IMG/VR virus record: IMGVR_UViG_3300003690_000002
Span: 64,001 to 128,000 of that record
From: a virus
DNA: 64,000 bases
Reading direction: 5' to 3' (one strand)
Position numbers and translations under genes: made by a program
Notes under the pieces: model-generated
Seen by the model: only the letters and a program-made list of their open reading frames with translations
Told to the model about the DNA's origin: nothing
Databases searched by the model: none
Part shown: piece after piece, positions 30,638 through 41,600 of the stretch
Position numbering within the stretch: position 1 is the stretch's first letter
Layout of the letters: each line of letters opens with the position of its first letter

Positions 30638-30979
30638 TTATTTGGAAGTGTTCGAACTTTTTTTAGAGGAAGTCTTCATAACTGACTCTACTTTCGGAGG
30701 GGTGGGAGTTTTTTTGGATTGTTGACTGCTCGAAGAAATTACTTCAAATACCCACATGCATTCGTTGTTATTATAACGACCTCTGTTTGAGATCGTATTG
30801 TTTTCTAGACAAGCACCAAAAGTGATATTTTTGTTGTGTAGAAAAGATTTGATATCCGATGTGTAATATGTTCTATATTCGGATGGGTTGGTACCATTAT
30901 ATACTGGCAATTTTACACAAAGACATACCGTATTATCTTGTTTGTTGTGTGTTAGTGTACATTCACTGTCTTTTAACAT
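30638..30979 (-). CDS. hypothetical protein
   Basis: 113-aa ORF in the operon; basic Ser/Lys-rich tail. Confidence 0.55.
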   Translation of the reverse strand: MLKDSECTLTHNKQDNTVCLCVKLPVYNGTNPSEYRTYYTSDIKSFLHNKNITFGACLENNTISNRGRYNNNECMWVFEVISSSSQQSKKTPTPPKVESVMKTSSKKSSNTSK

Positions 30980-31003
30980 TTTTTATGCTCCTATTTGTTG
31001 TCC

Positions 31004-31678
31004 CTATTCGTAATTAGAGATCAAACTTATTTTATTAAAAAGTTGTGGGCTGACATTTTTCAAATATCTTCTGTCTCCTAAAAAATATTCTTCGAATCCT
31101 CTAGCAAAATATTCCCTAAGAGAAGTTACTGCATATGGTGAAATAAATAGTCCCATTACATACATTAATAATTCAGAGTATCCAATTTTTTTATAAAGAA
31201 AGTCATCTAGCTCTTTGGAGTAATTTGTTTTATTAAAATTATATTTTAAAGTATCATGACCATATTCCTTTAATATAAAATTTAATTTATTTCTTTTGCC
31301 AATAAATTCTTTCTCTAATATGCCATCGGAATAAATATCACTTGGCATCAATTCTTCAACGCTATGAGCTATTTCGTGCACAATGTCATCAATCATATCT
31401 TTATCGTCACTCTGTTCGTTTGTTAGGTAAATAGAACCATCCTCATATACAGCATTGACATGTTTTTCTTTAAAAACATCAAAATCTCCAATAAATATTG
31501 AATCAATTAAATAAACAAAGTGCCTTGGAATAATATTTTCAATTTTTAATAATACAAAATCTATATCAACATTTTTAGGTAACTTATCCTTAATATATAC
31601 ATTTATAGTACCATAAAAATGCCTTTCGTTCAACTCTTTTTTTGTTTTTTTTGATGATTTTTTTATATAATCTTTCAC
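31004..31678 (-). CDS. HExxH zincin-like hypothetical protein
   Basis: VHEIAHSVEE plus distal EYFARGFEEY. Confidence 0.65.
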   Translation of the reverse strand: MKDYIKKSSKKTKKELNERHFYGTINVYIKDKLPKNVDIDFVLLKIENIIPRHFVYLIDSIFIGDFDVFKEKHVNAVYEDGSIYLTNEQSDDKDMIDDIVHEIAHSVEELMPSDIYSDGILEKEFIGKRNKLNFILKEYGHDTLKYNFNKTNYSKELDDFLYKKIGYSELLMYVMGLFISPYAVTSLREYFARGFEEYFLGDRRYLKNVSPQLFNKISLISNYE

Positions 31679-31695
31679 TTATATTTTCCAAACAT

Positions 31696-31986
31696 TTAAT
31701 CAAGAATTTCCTCTTGGTGTTTTTCTTTATATAGCTTTTCTCCAACTTCGACATCGGTCAATGCCTGTTTATAGCCTCTAATAAAGTTCTCTTCAGCTAT
31801 TGGCAATAAGAAATCTGGGAACTCCTTCGCCATTACTTCAATTACCATCTCAATAGTCACTTCATCATTTTTTGGTTTAAGTTGTGAACCGACGTAATCT
31901 ACTATCCATGTTTTTAACTCGTTATCTTTCTCAACTGGTTTAAAAATATCGGGATTGTCATCATAATCAATTTCATCATTATTCAT
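31696..31986 (-). CDS. hypothetical protein
   Basis: 96-aa acidic ORF with AAGGGG SD-like upstream sequence. Confidence 0.65.
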   Translation of the reverse strand: MNNDEIDYDDNPDIFKPVEKDNELKTWIVDYVGSQLKPKNDEVTIEMVIEVMAKEFPDFLLPIAEENFIRGYKQALTDVEVGEKLYKEKHQEEILD

Positions 31987-32043
31987 ATTATTGCCCCTTC
32001 CTCATTAATACCAATTCTAATTCTACACAAATATATCAAATAT

Positions 32044-33360
32044 TTAAAGTATTTTTGCTGCTAATGACGCAACGTCGCTCCGCTCACCTTTTATTAAAGT
32101 CATATGTCCTGTAAGGTCATAATTTTTAAATTTTTCTATTGCATACGTTAATCCATTTGACGTTTCATCAACATAAACATTATCAATTTGTTCGATATCG
32201 CCAGTTAAAACAATTTTTGTATTTTCTCCAACTCTTGTGATAATTGTTTTAAGCTCATGGGCAGTTAAATTCTGCGCTTCGTCAATAACAATATATGCAT
32301 TTGCAATCGAACGACCTCTTATATATGTTAAAGCCTCAATCTCTATTAAACCTTGTGATATATACATCTCTAATGTTTCTCTATCATTTCCCATTAAAAA
32401 CTGAAGATTGTCTTGTATTGGCGCAAGCCATGGGGTCATTTTTTCTTCCAACGTTCCAGGTAAAAATCCAATATCTTTTCCCAAAGGTTGGATGGGTTTG
32501 GATACAACTAGGTGTTTATATCTACTTTCCACATTTTTTTCAACTACTTGCGCCAAACCTGCCGCTAATGCTAATAAAGTTTTCCCGCTTCCAGCTTTTC
32601 CAACAAGTGTAACAATTGGAATATTTTCATCTAATAATAAATCTAAAGCAAAATTTTGTTCTTTATTTCGCGGTTTAACACCCCACATTCCTTTTTTGTA
32701 TTCTCCATTAATTCTTTTAAGAGGGATTGAATAATTGTAAAACCTCGCAAGCGCTGTTTTCTTTTCGTTTGCATTTGACACAAGCATTAAAAATTCATTC
32801 GGTTTAGCTAAAATATTTTCTTTTTCTAGAAATATTTCTTCTCCGCTGTAAAATTGATCAATCATCTCTTCATCAACTAAATGTTTACTAAAGCCAGTAT
32901 ATAATCCAGTAGTGTCTGCAACAATCTGATTTAAAATATAATCTTCAGTTAACAAATCTAGCGCATCACACTTAACGCGCATATTAATATCCCGAGATAC
33001 AACAATCACTTTTTTTTTCGGATTATCTCTTTTTTCATTTAACGCTACATCGATAATTTCATTATCAGATATAGACATGTCTAATTCTTTTGATAAATGA
33101 TCGCAATTTTTTACGAAAGCCAAACCTTTACCTTTGTCCAAGCGCACACCTTTATGTAGACTACCTTTTTCTCTTAAAGAATCAAATTTGCGTATAATAT
33201 TACGAGCATTTGATCCAACACTATCTTGACGTTTTTTATGTTTGTCTATTTCTTCTAAAACTTTAAAAGGTATTATAATATCATTATTTAAATAAGAGGT
33301 TAACGCACTAGGATCTGTTAAATAAACGCTTGTGTCTAGAACATATATTTTTTTAGCCAT
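32044..33360 (-). CDS. phoH: PIN-PhoH (PhoH2/YlaK-like) protein
   Basis: PIN YVLDTSV...VLEEID, Walker A GKAGSGKT, IGFLPG, RGRSI, DEAQN, GDIEQID. Confidence 0.95.
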   Translation of the reverse strand: MAKKIYVLDTSVYLTDPSALTSYLNNDIIIPFKVLEEIDKHKKRQDSVGSNARNIIRKFDSLREKGSLHKGVRLDKGKGLAFVKNCDHLSKELDMSISDNEIIDVALNEKRDNPKKKVIVVSRDINMRVKCDALDLLTEDYILNQIVADTTGLYTGFSKHLVDEEMIDQFYSGEEIFLEKENILAKPNEFLMLVSNANEKKTALARFYNYSIPLKRINGEYKKGMWGVKPRNKEQNFALDLLLDENIPIVTLVGKAGSGKTLLALAAGLAQVVEKNVESRYKHLVVSKPIQPLGKDIGFLPGTLEEKMTPWLAPIQDNLQFLMGNDRETLEMYISQGLIEIEALTYIRGRSIANAYIVIDEAQNLTAHELKTIITRVGENTKIVLTGDIEQIDNVYVDETSNGLTYAIEKFKNYDLTGHMTLIKGERSDVASLAAKIL

Positions 33361-33435
33361 ATTATAATATAACTAGTTTATAACTTATATTTGTATATTG
33401 ATTTAAATTTTATTACTTCCCGCTCTAGTTATTTT

Positions 33436-34221
33436 ATGAGAAAGCTTAAATTAATATTTAATTTTATCTTAATTGCATTGTTTTTATTTATTTTTCTTTC
33501 TTGTGGGATAACTACTTCTACAAATAACCATGAAACAAGTATAAATGAAATTTTACCAAGAAAATCTTTTCTCTTTATTAATAAAAAAGTGTCAATACAG
33601 TTATGTCAAGATGATTTATGCCTACAAAAAACTAGAAAATTTTTAGGTTCTGGTGCGGTTGTTAGAAACAATACAAATGGATCATTTGTTCTTACTGCTG
33701 GGCATGTTTGTCATACCAAATATGCCGAAACTAAAAACCCAAATCTAAAAGTGGAAACAAGTTTTAAAATAACAGATATAGACGGAAATCAATATCCCGC
33801 CAAGGTGATAAAATATATTAATGATGAAAAGCTTGATATATGTATGCTATATGCTCCCGAGGCGGATTTGGAACCCGTATCTGTATCAAAACGCGCTCCG
33901 AAAGAGGGTGATAAAGTTTATAATCTAGCTACCCCATTGGGAATATTTACCAATAATACTATTCCAATTTTGGAGGGGCGCTTTATTGGATATAAAGATA
34001 CCAATGCTCTATATTCAGTTCCTGCTGCGCCTGGAAGTTCTGGTTCTCCAATTTTCAACTACAAAGGAGAATTAATTGGAGTTATTCATTCTGTGTATGT
34101 TTATTTTCCAAATATATCGATTGCTGTAACATATAAAGATGTAAAAAAGTTTATTAACCAAATTATGGATGATTACTACCTTATTGGTAATCCAGGCTGT
34201 CATAATCTCAATTTACCGTGA
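33436..34221 (+). CDS. trypsin-like serine protease (S1) with signal/lipoprotein-like N-terminus
   Basis: LTAGHVC (His), DICML (Asp), GSSGSP (Ser). Start moved to MRKLKLIF...FIFLSC. Confidence 0.9.
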   Translation: MRKLKLIFNFILIALFLFIFLSCGITTSTNNHETSINEILPRKSFLFINKKVSIQLCQDDLCLQKTRKFLGSGAVVRNNTNGSFVLTAGHVCHTKYAETKNPNLKVETSFKITDIDGNQYPAKVIKYINDEKLDICMLYAPEADLEPVSVSKRAPKEGDKVYNLATPLGIFTNNTIPILEGRFIGYKDTNALYSVPAAPGSSGSPIFNYKGELIGVIHSVYVYFPNISIAVTYKDVKKFINQIMDDYYLIGNPGCHNLNLP

Positions 34222-34228
34222 AGTTAAA

Positions 34229-34573
34229 TTATTTTCTCCATACTAAAAGTCCAGATTTTGCTCTTGCTTCTTTTAATTTTTTTACTGCATATCTTGCCAC
34301 TGCAACTTTGTCAGATGCGACCCATTTATAAATTAAATCATCTTTTAATTTTGTTACTTCATTACAAAATATCGCGACATTATTGTTTATTTCTCCGGAT
34401 TCTAATGTATCAATCGAATATAATGAACTTATAGCTTCTTTATTATTAACATATAATATTATAGTAACTCTTCTGTTCGCAGTAGTGGCACTTTTTGCCA
34501 CAATATGAATCTCATTTGGATCACAAACATAGCGACGCTCTCTTATTCCAATACTTCTTTTTTTATATCTCAT
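34229..34573 (-). CDS. hypothetical basic protein
   Basis: ORF fills the gap between GAPDH and the protease; start uncertain (34573 or 34591). Confidence 0.5.
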   Translation of the reverse strand: MRYKKRSIGIRERRYVCDPNEIHIVAKSATTANRRVTIILYVNNKEAISSLYSIDTLESGEINNNVAIFCNEVTKLKDDLIYKWVASDKVAVARYAVKKLKEARAKSGLLVWRK

Positions 34574-35642
34574 TGAATAAAAACTCATCAAATATTTTCA
34601 TATACTTTATATAATCTTCTCCACATATCCCGTATAGTGCTGCAGCTATGCTGCTTAAAAGTGAATTTCCATCTTGTGGAGTAAAACAAAATCCAGTTAT
34701 TCTTGTACCATTATATACGCTAAAAGCGTGTAAAGTGGGTATAGAAATAACGGTTTGATTAAAAATCCTTCCGTAATATCCATGGTCGCGACCAAAAGAA
34801 AATACTTTATTGGCTAAATTTTTATAAGTAAGCGCTGCAAATGGATTTTCTTTAAACTTATTTATTATTCTATTTACGTTCTCATTGCCCTTGACAACAA
34901 TGTTAAATCTGATTGCATGCATATATTGTGAATTCACTTTCATTGCACTTGAATAAATTGGTAAATGACAATATAGCGTGTTTAATACTCTAGAAGCATC
35001 AGCCGCATGGTGGGTTCCAAAATGTACGTTATTATGTACTCCAACTTCAGGAGAGGCAATAAAACTATTATTCTGACTAATATCATTTGCTCTGCGGATA
35101 CAAACAAAATCAGAATCAACGATACTATCAAAATTTGGCGATAAACTTTTCAAAATATTACATATATTGTGTGTATTACAACTAACAACTTGAATAAAGT
35201 GAGAATCTGATTCTAAAAGTGCTTTATCATTAATTCCATAAGCATATGGCAATCCAAATTCTTTTTCACTACCTTGCGCAATAAATATCTTCTCTGGGTA
35301 CTTTATATAATGTTTTTCTTTATGAATATTACCAGCAGGGGTGCAATCAATAACTACATCGGCTTTTTCTAGAGCCCGTTGAAAATCGTAAGAGATTTTG
35401 TGTCCCAATTTTTGAAATGCAATTGCTTTGTCCTCATTAACAGATAATTTTGCACCTCTTTTAATCAAACTATTAACTTTTGCTATTTCATCTATCATAG
35501 GTGTTCTTTTGTGAAAAATAACTTCATCAATATTTAATCTCTTTTTTAAATCTGCCAAAAGTCCAATCAAAGGCTCTCCAATTGTTCCAGTCCCAACAAC
35601 AAGTATACAACGTGGTGCATAGTATGCATTTTTTTTATTCAT
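34563..35642 (-). CDS. archaeal-type (class II) glyceraldehyde-3-phosphate dehydrogenase-like protein
   Basis: VVGTGTIG, DVVIDCTP, IAQGSEK, VVSCNTH (catalytic Cys), RRAND. Confidence 0.75.
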   Translation of the reverse strand: MNKKNAYYAPRCILVVGTGTIGEPLIGLLADLKKRLNIDEVIFHKRTPMIDEIAKVNSLIKRGAKLSVNEDKAIAFQKLGHKISYDFQRALEKADVVIDCTPAGNIHKEKHYIKYPEKIFIAQGSEKEFGLPYAYGINDKALLESDSHFIQVVSCNTHNICNILKSLSPNFDSIVDSDFVCIRRANDISQNNSFIASPEVGVHNNVHFGTHHAADASRVLNTLYCHLPIYSSAMKVNSQYMHAIRFNIVVKGNENVNRIINKFKENPFAALTYKNLANKVFSFGRDHGYYGRIFNQTVISIPTLHAFSVYNGTRITGFCFTPQDGNSLLSSIAAALYGICGEDYIKYMKIFDEFLFNEI

Positions 35643-36090
35643 TGTTATCCACTTTATACTCATAATCAAACATTGTTTTACCTTTTAAGTGACTTATCTC
35701 ATGTTGAATGCAGATGCATTTTAATATATCAGGGGATCCGAATGTTAACTCTCTATTAAAATTATCTGCTTTTACAATAATATTTTTAAATCTTTTTGTA
35801 GTTATGGTTACATCTGGAAAGGATAAACAACTTTCTTGAAAAATAATACTTTCAAATCCGCCAATATATACTGGGTTCATAAGCCATAATGGATTATCAT
35901 ATGGTATATTTATTACACAAATCTCTTTATTTATGCCAATTTGATTGGCTGCTAATCCAATTCCATTTTTTGATTTTGATAAAACTTTAAATAGCTTTTT
36001 TGCAATAATCTCGCCCTCTTTAAAAGTTTTAACTTTTTTACAGGGGATGGCAAGTTTATTAATATCTTTTATGATACGAGAACGAGGCAT
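35635..36090 (-). CDS. def: peptide deformylase
   Basis: GIGLAANQIG, ESCLS, QHEISHL. Confidence 0.95.
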   Translation of the reverse strand: MPRSRIIKDINKLAIPCKKVKTFKEGEIIAKKLFKVLSKSKNGIGLAANQIGINKEICVINIPYDNPLWLMNPVYIGGFESIIFQESCLSFPDVTITTKRFKNIIVKADNFNRELTFGSPDILKCICIQHEISHLKGKTMFDYEYKVDNNE

Positions 36091-36299
36091 TATATAATTT
36101 TCTTTTTTAATACTACGTCTCTTGGTGAGATATATTGTAGAATTTTATTTTTGTTATTTATCGACTTTAACGTCAAATACTGCTCTCTATTCCATGAAAT
36201 AAATTCCATATTTTCAACATAAAAATATTTATTATTATATTGAACTAGGTTTCCAATATAGGTTTTTGTTCCATTTCTATCAATCGCGAACATTGGCAT
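36090..36299 (-). CDS. hypothetical protein (IGNLV, SH3-like start)
   Basis: 69 aa with TAATG coupling to def. Confidence 0.6.
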   Translation of the reverse strand: MPMFAIDRNGTKTYIGNLVQYNNKYFYVENMEFISWNREQYLTLKSINNKNKILQYISPRDVVLKKKII

Positions 36300-36496
36300 A
36301 GTTATCTTCCCCTAGTTGCGTTGTACTTTTTTCTTTTTGAATTTAGTTAACTTCTTGTTTATGATCATTATTAAATTTAGAACCACGCTTAATTTTAACT
36401 TCTGTACATTTTTCATGTAACTGTCTTTTAAAATTACTTGCCTCTTCATAGGTTGAAAAAGTTGCAGCTATTTTCCATGTTTTATTTTTTTGTACA

Positions 36497-36688
36497 TCAA
36501 CCATTTTCTTTTTCACTCTTATCGTCAGAATTGAGTTCTAAAGTGTTTTTCTTTTCAGTTTCTGCACTTGGTATAAAACTAGCAACTGCTTGTGCCACAA
36601 CAGAGGCTTCTTGTAAAGAAAAAACTCCTTTATCTTGAGCTAAATTAACTGCTTGTACCAATATAATTACAGCCTGTTCCTGGTTCAT
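36497..36688 (-). CDS. hypothetical protein
   Basis: 63 aa, amphipathic helices, GGAG SD upstream. Confidence 0.65.
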   Translation of the reverse strand: MNQEQAVIILVQAVNLAQDKGVFSLQEASVVAQAVASFIPSAETEKKNTLELNSDDKSEKENG

Positions 36689-36788
36689 TATACTACTCCC
36701 TTTTTAGCCAATACCATCCCTACAACAAATCCCACCACCAGTGGAACTATAAATCCTATTAAACTATCCATAATATTTTCCTTTCTAG

Positions 36789-36959
36789 TTAATCGCAAAG
36801 TAATTTTTTATTATATTTTTTGTTTTTGCAAATATTTTGTTCTTCTAATTGCTCTTCATATTGAAGCTTTACAAGGTGCGGATATTTTTCAAATAACTCT
36901 GGAAGAGTCAAATTTTCTTTTCTTTGAATTTCTGTAATTGCTTCTGTAATTTTACCCAT
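36789..36959 (-). CDS. hypothetical protein, 56 aa
   Basis: Start moved to MGKITEAI with a GGAG SD. The longer track ORF overlaps the tmRNA. Confidence 0.6.
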   Translation of the reverse strand: MGKITEAITEIQRKENLTLPELFEKYPHLVKLQYEEQLEEQNICKNKKYNKKLLCD

Positions 36960-36984
36960 TATTTTCTCCGCATTATATTTTAAG

Positions 36985-37366
36985 TGGAGGCGCTGGGAGT
37001 CGAACCCAGGTCCAAAAGACTGCAAAAACACGATCATTCACAAAAATAGACGCATTCACCACCGAAGCGTCAACCACCTGATATTCCTATCAGGGAATCC
37101 ATTTACCAACTTAAAGGTGTTGACTACCGGAATATATAGTCATAAAAATGGCTAAATACCTACTACGCCCACCACCAATTTTTCTAAAAATTGGAAACGG
37201 CTAATATTTCTTTAGAAAGCTATTAACAACTTCCGATTATGCCGCCATGGCATAATCAAATTCAACGTTATCGTTGGCATTTATAAAAGTCAAGTATTTT
37301 TACTGTGTTACTTACACAGTTTTGCACGTTGTTTTATTCGTATTTTGTCGAAACCGTTTCGCCCCC
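36985..37366 (-). ncRNA. ssrA: tmRNA, tag peptide ANDNVEFDYAMAA*
   Basis: 5' GGGGGCG pairs with 3' CGCCTCC-A, including G3:U70. 5' motif GAAACGGTTTCGAC, T-arm GGGTTCGACTCCC. Tag ORF 37278-37237 ends in AA. CCA is not encoded. Confidence 0.95.
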
Positions 37367-37408
37367 ATATTTTAAAAGAACAAGTCCCATGTATAATTAT
37401 TACATGTA

Positions 37409-37437
37409 ACTATAAACTATAATAGTATATTTGTCAA
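37409..37437 (-). promoter_or_regulatory. sigma70-type promoter for the tmRNA
   Basis: TTGACA-17 bp-TATAGT, about 40 bp upstream of the tmRNA 5' end. Confidence 0.7.
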
Positions 37438-37800
37438 ATTATTTTCATTATTTTTTTCGAAAAAATTTTCTGTATTATATTTTTTAAGCAAAGCTTTAAA
37501 TTCTCCATATGTTAATCCTAAAAATCTTGCTGCCTCTTTTTTTGATCTACAAATAGAAAGAGCTGTTTTAAGCACAGCATCCTGTACTATTTCTCTGGTG
37601 GAATACCATATCGGTATTCCATAACAATTACCTCCAAATGGCTTTGTTGCTAATTCTAATTTAAGTGCGATAACATCTTCTAAACTCAGAGCGCTCAACA
37701 TCACCTCGAACTCGTCATTACTCTTGTTATCGTTTCGTAATTTTCTAGACATACTATAATTTTTATTAGTACCGAAATATTTTCTTTTTTTCCATCTCAT
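37417..37800 (-). CDS. hypothetical protein with C-terminal Fis-like HTH
   Basis: ALSICRSKKEAARFLGLTYGEFKALLKKY. Confidence 0.65.
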   Translation of the reverse strand: MRWKKRKYFGTNKNYSMSRKLRNDNKSNDEFEVMLSALSLEDVIALKLELATKPFGGNCYGIPIWYSTREIVQDAVLKTALSICRSKKEAARFLGLTYGEFKALLKKYNTENFFEKNNENNLTNILL

Positions 37801-37868
37801 ATTGTAATTATATATTAATTTTTATAAAATTTTATGATATTCTTGGTCGGATGGTTGGCAATTAATGC

Positions 37869-38684
37869 TTAAATAGACATGTCTGCTTCTTCTTCTGCTT
37901 CTTCTTCTGGTATTTCTTCTGCGTCCATCTCTTCTGCTGCTTCTTCTTCTTTTTCTTTTTCATATTCTGGTGTAGTTGGTTCTTCAATTGAAGCTGCCAA
38001 TTCGTCTTCAAATTTATCAAAATAAAGTTTTAAATTTGTTAATAAATAATCATAAAATAATTCTTTATCTTCATCATTTTGAAGACTTCCATATGAATCT
38101 AATATCTGAGTTTCAACTTTATTATAACTTTGATATGCAAAATTTCTTCCTGTCATATCTTCACCAGGTATAGTAAATGCACCTTCTTCTTCAGGTTCTT
38201 CTTCGTCGGTATCTGTTTCTATATCCACACCTCTAACTGGAATGAATTTTTCAGGCTCGTCTTCAACGCTAATTTTAACATTTTGCTCATCTAAATCTTC
38301 TTCTTCCCCTGCCGCATCCAACACATCTTGAGGGGCTAATGAATTTTTTACAGCTTGTACGATATGCGCTCTAAAAGATTTTCTTTGTTCTTCATCTGTA
38401 GTTAGTGATTTATAATCGTCTTCTAAAACAGGTATAATTTTTTTCAAAAGTGTTTCTAGCACGTTTATTCCGGTTTTCTGATGAGGTACATCTGATTGTA
38501 CATCAGCTGCAGCTTCTTTAATCAAGGTTTGTATAATGCTGCGTAATTTTTGTTCTTCAAATATCAATTCTTCTTGTTGGTGTTGTTTTCTTTCAAAAAT
38601 TATCTTGATTGCTCTTTGTATATTGCTCCGTAGCTTTTGTTCTTCGTTTAATTCTTTAATTAATTCTTTTCTATCAATATACAT
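37869..38684 (-). CDS. acidic hypothetical protein, possibly head-associated
   Basis: 271 aa, Glu-rich, with repeated LIxE/LxEEQKLRS segments at the N-terminus. Confidence 0.7.
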   Translation of the reverse strand: MYIDRKELIKELNEEQKLRSNIQRAIKIIFERKQHQQEELIFEEQKLRSIIQTLIKEAAADVQSDVPHQKTGINVLETLLKKIIPVLEDDYKSLTTDEEQRKSFRAHIVQAVKNSLAPQDVLDAAGEEEDLDEQNVKISVEDEPEKFIPVRGVDIETDTDEEEPEEEGAFTIPGEDMTGRNFAYQSYNKVETQILDSYGSLQNDEDKELFYDYLLTNLKLYFDKFEDELAASIEEPTTPEYEKEKEEEAAEEMDAEEIPEEEAEEEADMSI

Positions 38685-38688
38685 TATT

Positions 38689-41600
38689 TTATCCTTTTAT
38701 ATTTATACCTGATATTTGTAGTAAATAGTCTAAGACTTCTTTAACTGGCTCGTTTTTATTAGCTTCTTTTAACTTAAGTTTTGATTTCCTTCTTTCTCTT
38801 TCATTTTCTTTATCAAAATCGATGCCTGGCCATGGACTTTTAGTATAAGCGCCTTCTACATTCCCACCACCCATAGTAGAAATTTCTTCTATTTCTTCTT
38901 TCCCTGTTTCTTCTTCTGTTTCTTTTTCCATTCTTTTTGCTGCTTCTGCCGATGCTATATCTGTTGCCCGCTCAACTTCGCGGGCAGTTTGTTCAGATTC
39001 TTTTTCTGTTTTTTCTGTCTTTTTTGCTTGTAGATCAAATTCGGTGCTTAATTGTTTAAACGTTTCTATATATTCTTCTTGTTTTTTAAACAAACTTTCA
39101 ATTGATTTATATACGTCTTCTAGAAATTTTTGATCTTGCATTAGTTCTTTAGTTTTTTCTTTTGCAAAATTACTTTTTTCTTTAAAGTCCATTGTTTTTA
39201 CATTAGAATTGTCTTTTTTAGCATCTCTAAAAAAATTTGCATCTTGTTCTTTTAAGGAATTATAAAAATATTTGGACCAACTTTCAAATAATAGTTGATC
39301 TTTTTTGTTTTCATTCATCGTTGGTATGTGATGTTGTCTAGAAACATCTCGACCAGTTATTTTACCTATATATTTTTTTCTGAACGCGGCTGATGGGTTG
39401 GTCTCTACTCCTTTAATATTTTTTGAATAATCATTCGGCACAACATGTACAGAGCCATCTGGCATTGTTACTTTGAGATCATCTTTTATATTAATTTTTT
39501 TAGCCACTAATTCTACCCAAGAATCCCATAGTTTTCGCGAAATATCTTCGGCGCCAGTTTCTTTTGCAATTTGCCTTAGAAACTCTACGTATTTTTGAGC
39601 TAATTCAATACCACCAGAAGTAAGTTTGATTATATTACTGTCGAATTCTCCAGCCTGGATAACTTTTTTACCAGATGCAGTAACTGAAGGTGTCCTAAAT
39701 CCTTTATCGCCGGGAGTCAGTATATTAAATTCTTTTGAGATTCCTTTATATATGTTTAGATTAATCGAATCAATACAACCCAATCGACCAATGATTAATT
39801 GGGTTGCAAATGCCGCTTTCGGTAAACCAAGTCCAGGTAATTTAATTGCTTCCAAATAAATATTAAATAATGCTTCTTCTTTTCTTAATCCACTAGAATT
39901 ATTATATTCATTGAACAAACCACTAAAACTAGAATATATGCTTTCCCTGTTTTTCCATAGATAATCAATTGCATGTTTGCGAGGACCCATAACCAATTGA
40001 CCAAACCCTGAAAAATCATATTTAGGTTGTTTTTCGCCTGGGTTTAATAAATTTCTGTCAGTCATTAAACCATCGTTTTTATGAACAAAATTTAATAATA
40101 TCGGGAACTTTGGCACCACATCATACCATCTCATTTGCTGAGTGCCAATTACAAACATCAAAACATCAGCTAGTTGGTCTGGAGAATACTGTGCATATTC
40201 ATTTATAAGAGGGTTATATTTGCAAAAACCAGAATCAAATTCTTTTGATAAATCTAATATAGCATCTTCAGAAGCCTCGTCTTCTTCTTGTTCTTTTAAG
40301 GTTCTCACCTCATCGTTTTTAATATTTTTCTCCAGCTGCTCTTCTACTAGCCGCAGAAATATACCCACTGGAAGTGAGCCGCCCTCCTTTATCATGTCCT
40401 GATCTTTTAATTTAATGTTGAGTATTCCGAGCACACTATCCGGATTGGAACCCGCAGGCATAAAATCTTCAAAAAGTTGTAGCGCAATAGGGCTCTCTGT
40501 AGCTAATTCAGCCATATAGCGCATATCAGAACCATGAAATTCTAATATATCTAGACCTTCCTTGAAGCTGGGTAAATTATCTAATATTTCTGTATTTTCT
40601 CTTAATATTGTAATGTAATTATCACTGTGGGTGATAACATCTGCTTGAGCGGCATACGTAATAGGATCTAATATGTTTACATCTGGTGTATATTTTTGTA
40701 TATTTTTTCCAAACCTTTGGGCGGCATCACCTCCTTTTGTGCTAGCGCCTAATATAATATTGGATCCTGCCACTTCTGGCTTATTTCCATATTCAATTGC
40801 TGCCTGGACCGGGGAGTTATATTCAGATACTTCCACATCCGCACTTAACCCAGAATTATTTAAATACAAGTTCCATATTTTCTTAGATTGTGCTGCTGTT
40901 ATGGGGATTCCCTCTTTTGGAGTTTTCCTTTCTAGCGGAGAAATTAAAATAATAATTTTATCTGCCAAGTCTATATAATGTTTTGCCATGGCTAAATGAC
41001 CAACATGAGGTGGTTTAAATGCTCCCGGAATTATTGCTAGTGTTTGGTGTGTTTCTTCTTCTGTTATTTCTGTTATCTCTTCCTCATTTTTATTACTAGA
41101 TTTTATTGGTGGTATTTTTCCTCTTCCATATTTAAAAAGACCCAATAGTTGATTTATTGGCGCAAAATTGCCAGTAAATTTGTACATTTGTTCGCCATAT
41201 TGAAAAACAAACCCTTCAACTGTTGTATTAATGTTATCTAAATGTTTAATTTTTTGAAGCTGTTTTGCTAAAATTTCATGAGCTTTGCTCGCACCGGGTC
41301 CGGCATATGTTTGTATATTTTTGATAGCTGTAGAAATTTCTTTCTTTTGCCTTGCAAGCTCTGCTTCATTATTTAAAATATAAGCACTTTTTAAACCTTT
41401 TAAAAGTTCAACAGAAAAAGTATGAATCGCTTCTTCAATCGGCCATATAGCATCATTAATCAGTGAAATTTCTGCAAATTCTACAAATTGCTTAATTCTT
41501 TGTTTTATGTCAATAGGAAAACCTTTATATATTTGAGTAAGAGATTTTGCTCCATCTTTTTTTAATATTCTATTAAGCACATCTTGTTGGATATCAGGGC

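Noticed and set aside
36985-37030. Standalone tRNA at the GGTTCGACTCCC T-arm
   Set aside because: It is the 3' tRNA-like domain of the tmRNA. No other convincing tRNA was seen by eye, though a tRNAscan run was not possible.
36960-37037. Extended 82-aa ORF 36789-37037
   Set aside because: Its 5' part is the tmRNA T-arm and acceptor stem. A start with an SD exists at 36959.
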